Assembly (NCBI RefSeq): GCF_001194135.2 | Contig: NC_068989.1 | Coordinates: 94,981,761 to 95,045,760 of the forward strand | Reading direction: 5' to 3' | Source of the DNA: Octopus bimaculoides | Taxonomy: Eukaryota | Length of the DNA stretch: 64,000 nucleotides | In this document: piece after piece, positions 56,104-64,000 of the stretch | How positions within the stretch are numbered: the first letter of the stretch is position 1 | Layout of the letters: every line of letters starts with the position of its first letter | Notes under the pieces: generated by a model | Database searches by the model: none | Told to the model about the DNA's origin: nothing | What the model saw: only the letters and a program-made list of their open reading frames with translations | Position numbers and translations under genes: made by a program

Positions 56104-56838
56104 TATGCCTACCCTTGACTACGTTGACACCTAAAACATTTAGTGAAACTGTGATAAAAGTCACCACGTTTTTAGAGTATTTAGTAACGTTTGTCCATGT
56201 TCCAAGTAACAGGCAGCAAAACATGCAGCAATGAAGTGCTAGAAACGAGTAAACACACAAAGCTTCCCCTTAAAATATTTGTATCATTATAGCAATGTTC
56301 GGAAAAACTATTATCGCCGTTACTTCATTGACAAAGACAAAACAGAATCGGAAGAGTGCCTTGCGGTGTTTACTTACATCCCTGAAGGAAGTGAACTTCC
56401 TCTTTAGTTATTTCAATAGCAAAATCATTTCTTCTAACCGAATTTATAACATTCAATCATCGCACCTGCTACATTTTCGCCAATTTTGAAACGCATTTAC
56501 ATACTGGAAATCCAATTGTTTCATTTATATGGAATTGTATACAGAATGCTCCCAGGGCATGTTCCAGTCACAGCAAAGATCAGTTCTGTTGAAAACTACA
56601 AGATTGAGGTTTTTTTCCATTCACAGCTATAAATGAAAATAACCATACATTTACAAAACTTGTTCATTCAACATTTCTTTCCGTCGCGAAGCCGCGATCT
56701 CTGTTTTGTTCTGCTTTGTTTTGGTCTTGATTTTTTTTTTTTCTTTAAGATTCCTTTTCTTGAATTCCCCGAAATCGAAACATTACTGATTCCAGAAACC
56801 ATTTTGTACACTCTATACTATTTTGCATTTATCCATGC

Positions 56839-56877
<39 letters not shown>

Positions 56878-56899
56878 CGGCGGTAGCGGCGGCGGTGGG

Positions 56900-57245
56900 G
56901 GGAGGGAGCTGACAGAATCGTTAGAGCATTGGGAGAGAATGCCTCGTGGCATTTGTTCCGGATGTTTCAGTAATGGTTTCAAACCCTGGTGAAGTTAGCT
57001 TTGCCTCTTTCATCGCTCCTGCGTCGATGAGACAAAGTGTCAGCGACGAATTTACCAATCGATAAAAACCCTCGTTTTAAAACTGTGTCTAAATTATAAA
57101 GAATTATTATTTAGCGGAATTGTTAGGACGTTGGTGAAATGCTATCCAGTATGTCTTCCGGTTCATTTCGTTCCAGGTTCAATACCATCGATCAAACCTG
57201 TCTTGTCAAAATCGCTCGCTTTGTGCCGGAATGAAAACCATCAAG
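56900..57245 (+). mobile_element. Two head-to-tail SINE family B copies
   Basis: gagctgacagaatcgttagagc head; attattatt junction at about 57105; second head gcggaattgttagg; tail tttgtgccggaatgaaaacca. Confidence 0.68.
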
Positions 57246-57470
57246 TAGCAGTAATAGTCCAGAATAGATTTAGAATAGAGTTTTGAATGCAATTAGTCTC
57301 AACTGCCTCGATTCTGAATAAACAAATGTTTTTTTCCCTCTGAGAATCAAGCTAAGAAAAGCAGTAATGTTCTCGGTCAACCGTATCCGACACGGCACAA
57401 AATGTCTTGTTAAAAGGAATAAAACTTGTTTTTAATGTGGACGTTTTATTGTTTCTCAAAACATGACTCT

Positions 57471-57533
57471 TCAAGACATTACAAGACATTTCAAGACATT
57501 ACAAGACATTACAAGACATTTCAAGACATTACA
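57471..57533 (+). repeat. 10-bp tandem repeat (WCAAGACATT) x6
   Basis: Seen directly. Confidence 0.92.
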
Positions 57534-59563
57534 CATGACAAAGGAGAGCGACGACATCGCGTACAGAAAGTAAAAAGCTTTAGAAGTCTAAATCAACAGA
57601 TTTTAATGGCAGCCGTAAAGCTGTAACGCAAAATATACACCACGCACACATACATAAATGCGCACACATACACACACAGACACAGACACGTGCGCGCATA
57701 GGCGCACGCACACATGCTCAGTGTAGATTGACTCAGAAAAGCTCAGAACAGTCCAAAACTATCAATTTTCTGTTGTCTTTCAACAACTACTTACAAGTTG
57801 AAATGAAAAAGAAAAGAGAAAACACAGTAAACTCCAAACAAGAAACATTCGTTGGAATCTCTTCATAAATTTTCCCCAAAATTAGTTTCTTCATTTCGTT
57901 TTCTCTTTGTCTTCTTTCGCTTTCTCTTTGTCTGCGAGTGAACTGAGAGAAGCTGATCAGTTCGTTTATAAAGGAGAAAAACACTTAACTTCAGTTTTTT
58001 TTTTCTCTTTCATACATCATATCATTCCCTTTAGTACAGCCACTGGACAAAGAATATTTGGCTACCCTAGCTAGCATTGCCAAAATGAGAGATGAGGTAA
58101 TTTTTAAGGTAAACTTCTAGCGAATGTTACAAGTGATAACAACGATTCAAGAGTTTTTTGGTGAAATTAGATGAATATTGAATCGTCGGATGCCACAGAC
58201 TCTGACCTGGCAAAATGTATTTTGCTCTTGCTAGTCGTTTTGTGTGTCGACAGACAGAGCATCCTTTGTATTATATTTCTTGGTCGCTCCCATAAACCTC
58301 TAGAGCATGTGGCGAGTGACTTTCGACTGGCTGCATTGTTCTACTGTTGTAGCATGTCTGATAACATTCTAACCATCAATCACTGGTCTCATCTTTGAGG
58401 AGCCGTCCGGTAGTGAGATTTCGGACATCGTAATCTGTCCCACAATCAAGCAAAATAAATTAACAATCTTTACTTTAGTGAAAAAAAATAATGATCAGCT
58501 TTGGTTAGTTTTCTTTTCTCATACAACCTCATAATATTGTAGCTTGCTATTCCCTTGTCCGATCTCCTACTTGGAACAAAGGTTAGTATGCGTGTCAGTC
58601 TATGCGCCAGTATATATGAGTTGGTGAAATTCACTGTTTATATCTATGTATAATAGGTTTTCCAGTATATGTGTTTGTATATGCATATATGCACACAGAC
58701 AAACTCACATGTTCACACATATACACATACACACACATACAAATACACATTCACGGATATACGTACACATATATCTACTTAGGTGTACATCAATACCTAT
58801 ATCTATACACACATATATACACACACTTTCTACATATCCACACACACATAAACATATTTAGATGCATATATACATAACGATATAGATATACATATACACA
58901 CGTACATACACTCATACATACACACACTCACACACATAGAAGGATTTATATTTATGATTGAGTGTATTTTTCTCTCTTTGTGTCTTGCGCCCTCCTTCAT
59001 CCTTCGCCATTTCCATTGTTCTATTAGGTCTTAGATTAGAATCAATAAATGACAATTTAATATCGAATCGTTAATTGTAGGCCGAGTTTCAGAGTCATGT
59101 TCAAGTGTTTTACTAAGAAATGTGATGATGCCATGCAGGCGAAGAGTAAGAGGAGCTTTGAAAGGAAGCCCTGGAAATTGTGAGCCACTTAAACTAACTG
59201 ACAATTTCTTTTGACACTAGACACAATTATTACAAAGAGACGATTAGGAAAGCAAATGGCGGAATCATTGAGTGGAGTGAAAGAAATTATTCTTCTTTTC
59301 AAACTTATTTCAACAAATTTTCTCCAATTATACTTTGTTCGTCCACTTTTCAATTACAGAGCATTATTTAGTACTCAGACAGACGAGGCCAAGAATTTGC
59401 TGCCGGCTTTCGCCTCCAGGATTGACGTTCGCCATATCGCCCTGTCGGAATCGCAATTTTTGTTATTATGTCTTGGAAAAAGGGAAATTAACTTTTAATT
59501 GACAATATGGTATAAACCAATCAGAAGTTAGAGTCTACGGAAAAGCAACGGGGAAGACAACGG

Positions 59564-59614
<51 letters not shown>

Positions 59615-59674
59615 CGGGGGTGGGGTAGTGGTGGTGGTGGTTTCCAATTACATTCATTTAAAATTTTTTGTTTC

Positions 59675-60135
59675 TGATTTAGGCACAAGGCCAACAATTT
59701 TGAGGGGAAGGTGAGTAGTCAATACCCTCGACTTAGATAATTGATTTTTATGATATTTCCTTGACCTCTGAACGATGAAAAGCAAAGTGGACCTCAGCGG
59801 TATTTTAACACAGAAAGTAAAGAATCGGAGAAAATGCAGCAAGACATTTTGTTCCATCCTGGAAGAATTAAAGGCAAAGTCGAACCCATTCAGAGACTCA
59901 GAACAAATGTCGCTAGGCTGTTTTTCCCTTGCGCTAACAATTCTGCCAGCGCAATAATAACAATAATAATGGTTTCAAATTTTGGCAACAGACCACTAAT
60001 TTCGGGGGAGGGTGTAACTTGATTACTTTGACGTTAGTGTTCAACTGGTACTTATTTTATCGACCACGAAAGGATGAAAGGTAAAGACGACACCGGTAGT
60101 ATTTGAACTCAGACGAAAATACGGACGAAAATATC
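59675..60135 (-). mobile_element. Head-to-tail array of SINE family B copies
   Basis: Two to three B units; aataataacaataataat junction at about 59952-59970. Confidence 0.8.
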
Positions 60136-60361
60136 ATGGAACCATTGTTGAAACATGTGAAGGAGTCCGGCGCCATTAAACCTGAAGAAAGAAAAACTTA
60201 AAGAGGGAAAGAACATAAAAAAAGAAAAGCATGGAAGGAGGAAAACACGTACGGTCAGTTTGCAAGAGATACGAACGCCAAGACAAGCACAGAAGAGCGG
60301 TGGCTGTGGAAGACGAAAAGTGACCTGAAGACAGAGATAGAAGCTCTTATATGCGCAGCTA

Positions 60362-60362
<1 letters not shown>
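60135..60362 (+). mobile_element. R4/Dong-type LINE fragment (post-RT region)
   Basis: KAWKEENTYGQFARDTNAKTSTEERWLWKTKSDLKTEIEALICAAK. Confidence 0.8.
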
Positions 60363-60424
<62 letters not shown>

Positions 60425-61330
60425 CCATGTTTGCTTTAGCTCATCTACCAGTTTCCAATGAAATCTGTAAGTATAAGAACAGGAGTATTGTAAATGAAAT
60501 TCCATAACTCCTATTTATGTCTGACGACGTTAACGCCTTTTCGCCAATAATAAACCAGATTAGATTCAGATATAAAATGCTGTGTGATAACGATCAATCA
60601 TGTTTTGTACATGGATGGCTTTGTGTTGTATGCAGCACATGATAACTGAAAACATTGCCAGATACGATCACAGGTCTGGTAGGGAAATTGGCTTGGAGAA
60701 ATGCACCAAGGTAACCTTGAGGAGAAGGAGCTTTAAAAAGAGACTATTATTGTGTAGATAAAGAAAGAGAAAGAAAAGAATAAGACTGCAGGCAGCTTTA
60801 TATATATATATATATATATATACTAAGTAACCAACAAAGAGCACAGAGTGCAACATACACAAATGAAAGAAAGGTAATAAATATTCGATGTGCTTTATAT
60901 TAATCAGAGCTAAATACAAAAAGAAATAATATGTATTAATACTATAGCTGTTCCAGGAATAAATTATTGTTTTAATATTCTCAACCCGTTGTTAAGTGAT
61001 TTAGGTAGGCTGAAGAGGAAAACAAGGAAAATAATGATTCCTATTGAATAAAACCCGCAGGAGCAGGTACAGAAAGATCATCAGGGGTGCAGTTAATTTG
61101 TTATTGCTTGCAACTAGAAAATTATCATAAAATATCTCATCTTCTGCCAGACTACAAAATGTCTCATAATCAACAAAACGAAGCCAATGCAAACAGCTGC
61201 AATCTAGGAATAAAGTATAATAAATTATTTGTGTCTCCAGGGAATTCAACAAATATTTAGAAAAAAAGGAAGAAAACGAGGTAACAAAAAAGAGAAACAA
61301 CGTGGTGATCCCTTAACACGGCTGCTATTC
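60425..61330 (+). mobile_element. R4/Dong-type LINE RT fragment, decayed
   Basis: NHVLYMDG (cf. NHLLYMDD), GLEKCTKVTL, CINTIAVPGINYCFNILN and RLKRKTRKIM, in shifting frames. Confidence 0.72.
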
Positions 61331-63417
61331 ACTGACTAAATCAGGTAAAAGAATAAAATAGTAAAAGAATACCCAAGACACATTGAGCAGCTGTGCAAGA
61401 AATAGAAGTAATAAAGACTCTCTATGAAGCTGGTTGCTCATCCGACTCATAATAATAGCTCGGCAAGAAGGAGTACGGGTACCGAAGAATGAATATAAAG
61501 ATTCGGCAAGAGACAGTAAAATGGAAAATAAACATATTTTATTGATTGCTTAACTGAAAAGTTCTGACCTAAAATTATGCTCTTACCTTTCGGAAATGTT
61601 CTTTGTTAATAATTTTATCCCATTTCCAGGACACGTTTTGATCATGTCTGATTATCTGAAAAGTTTATATCTAAGGGCAGACCTAAGTAAGATAATTTTA
61701 GTAAAACAGTTGCAGCTACTCATGCATTTAGCAGAGTCAGATAAAATGTATTTCTGCATTTAGATTTGCTTCCATCTTTTGCCCATTTGTCCGTAATATA
61801 AGGGCACTGCGCATGACTATTTTTACCACGGCCTTCAAGAATGGTAGGAGAAATTTTTAAAAATGATCCCTAAGCTGTATATCCATTTAAAAGCAAGCAA
61901 GAATCATGATGTAGCAATAGATAAAATGATGAATTATGTCCACCACCCAAGAATTCAGAGCCTGAAGAGATTTCTCAAGGTATTGTGTCCAACGCTCTAC
62001 CGATTCCTTTGTACCAACCAAGAGCCATCGGTTGTTACTATATTACATCGACCTCCGAAAGAATGGTGGTCAAAAATTGATTTCAGCGAGATTTTGAACC
62101 CAAAGCGCTGAGATCCGGAACAAATATTTCAAAATAATTTGTCCTACACACTAACGTCTTTCAATTCACCATTCATTTGCGTTCGTGTGTGCATCGACTT
62201 TGTTTTTCCCTCATGACTTGGTCGATGAGGCCCATCAATATGAAAAACATGTGACCTCATTCCCTATTAAAGTCTCCTAAAGAATATTGGTCTGGAACCC
62301 AGACAAATTAAGAAAGCCACCAAAGTGACAGGCATGGCAAATGAAATCAACTCAAGATGACTATAGATAAGAAACTGCAAGTGGAACTCTTCTGCTGGAG
62401 AAGACTAATTCAGTCTTCGCTGCACCACTCAGTCGAAACATCCATTCTGAGATATTGATTACAAGGAAGGAGTTCAGACATTACGATGGATTCGGATGAT
62501 CTTGCAAAACTGCTGAGTAACTCCTGCTGTTTCTTCGGGGGGGGGGGACTGTCTCCGATGATATATCACCTGAAGGTCAAGTACTGCGGTCTGTCGATTC
62601 TGCTCAAACCCAAAATGTCTTCTGTTCCTGTTAGAACACTATTCCAAAGACTTTACTGTCTTTAAGTATTTCCATATTTACAAAGACATGTATTTACATC
62701 ATTTACAAGTGTTTTGTTGGTGTTTTGCCCGCATGGATATGTTCTACTTTCTCTCCTATTACTAATGCTTAGTAACAACCAATCCAAACACTTCTATTTG
62801 TTATTTATTCTCAGAAGATCCACATTCGCTTTCTCCCCCTCCTATCTTCTCATCGAAATATTGAGGCATATTTAATCACACAAAGATGCTACTCACCTCA
62901 TTTCGCACTTCTCTGAAAAATCCTCTACAATCTACAAGCAACATACTTCCATAAGCTTAAAGATAAAAAAATAATCAACAATGAACAACAAAAGAATGAT
63001 ACAGAATTGAATACAGGATGACATAGACAAAGACGAAGAGAAATATTTATATTGATAAGTACAAAACGCATAGAAACTTGAGATATCGGAAAATATCGTA
63101 ATTACATAACCACAAGCCATTCCAGACTTAATGTGTTGACATGGAGAAGAACTTCGTTGCTTATCAATTTCGTCAGATCAAATTTTTTCTTTTTTTTTGT
63201 TTGTAGTTATTGTCTTTGTTGTTGTTTTGTTGTTTATAACAGCTAAATACTCGATCGTTTGCAGAATCTCTGCTGCTCAAGTAAATATGTAAATATTTTG
63301 ATTTTTCCATTACGTAAAAGTTAAAAACATATATTTTTGGTAATGAGTTTGTAAAAATATATTCCACACCATAAATATGCTTTCATTGGATGTAAACTTT
63401 TTAATCTCGCACGTATG

Positions 63418-63473
<56 letters not shown>

Positions 63474-64000
63474 TTGTATGTATGTAATATGCATGTGTGT
63501 ATGTATATGTGTATATTTATATATGTATATATGTGCATGTGCGTGTGTTTAACTGTACTATCGAGATTTATTTAATGTATCGAATATTATATTTAATATC
63601 TTTATGGCGGAATTGATATTAAACGCCGAAGACTCCCTGCATAATTATTCTTTGATCAATATTGTATCCGTGAAACATTTACAACAACATAAATAGGAAA
63701 AAAAATATCTATTTGAAAGATGAAATTGAAGATCGAAGCGTAAAATCCTACCGGCTTCGATCGATTAAATTTTGGGAAACAAAAAAGTTTATGCCAGAAT
63801 AAAAGAACCAAAACTAGGGGAACAATAGCAATGAAATGCCCTTAAACCATTATTATAACTTCGTTCAGTTATAGTAAACGAAAACATAGTAGAATAAAGT
63901 TGTGTTGAATCGATTTGGTGCTTCTAAAGCGCTATACAAACAGAACAAAATAAATAAAAAGCAAATATGAACGACAGTTTCCGGAATTTATAAACATAAT

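Overview
AT-rich, microsatellite-dense eukaryotic DNA from a gapped draft assembly (5 N-gaps, each next to a simple repeat). The repeat repertoire resembles octopus (coleoid cephalopod) DNA; this is an inference. No complete host gene is visible. There is one plausible signal-peptide/TM-type exon (1387-1555). Most listed ORFs are artefacts of microsatellites or gaps. Mobile elements seen: many copies of two tRNA-derived SINE families; decayed R4/Dong-type and CR1/L2-type LINEs; a full-length dead DD34D mariner; a second mariner remnant; an internally deleted Tc1 element; a pogo/Tigger remnant; a TTAA-flanked foldback MITE; and a 30-bp minisatellite. The most interesting signal is a set of type I hammerhead ribozyme (HHR) motifs in three different non-autonomous repeat families. 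One is a palindromic, head-to-head double tRNA-SINE whose tails carry a Penelope-type minimal HHR (14577-15204). Another is a near-complete HHR at 30120-30180 (-). Together they suggest Penelope-dependent or retrozyme-like elements. All folds and alignments were done by eye. Repeat boundaries are approximate except where TIRs or TSDs are quoted.
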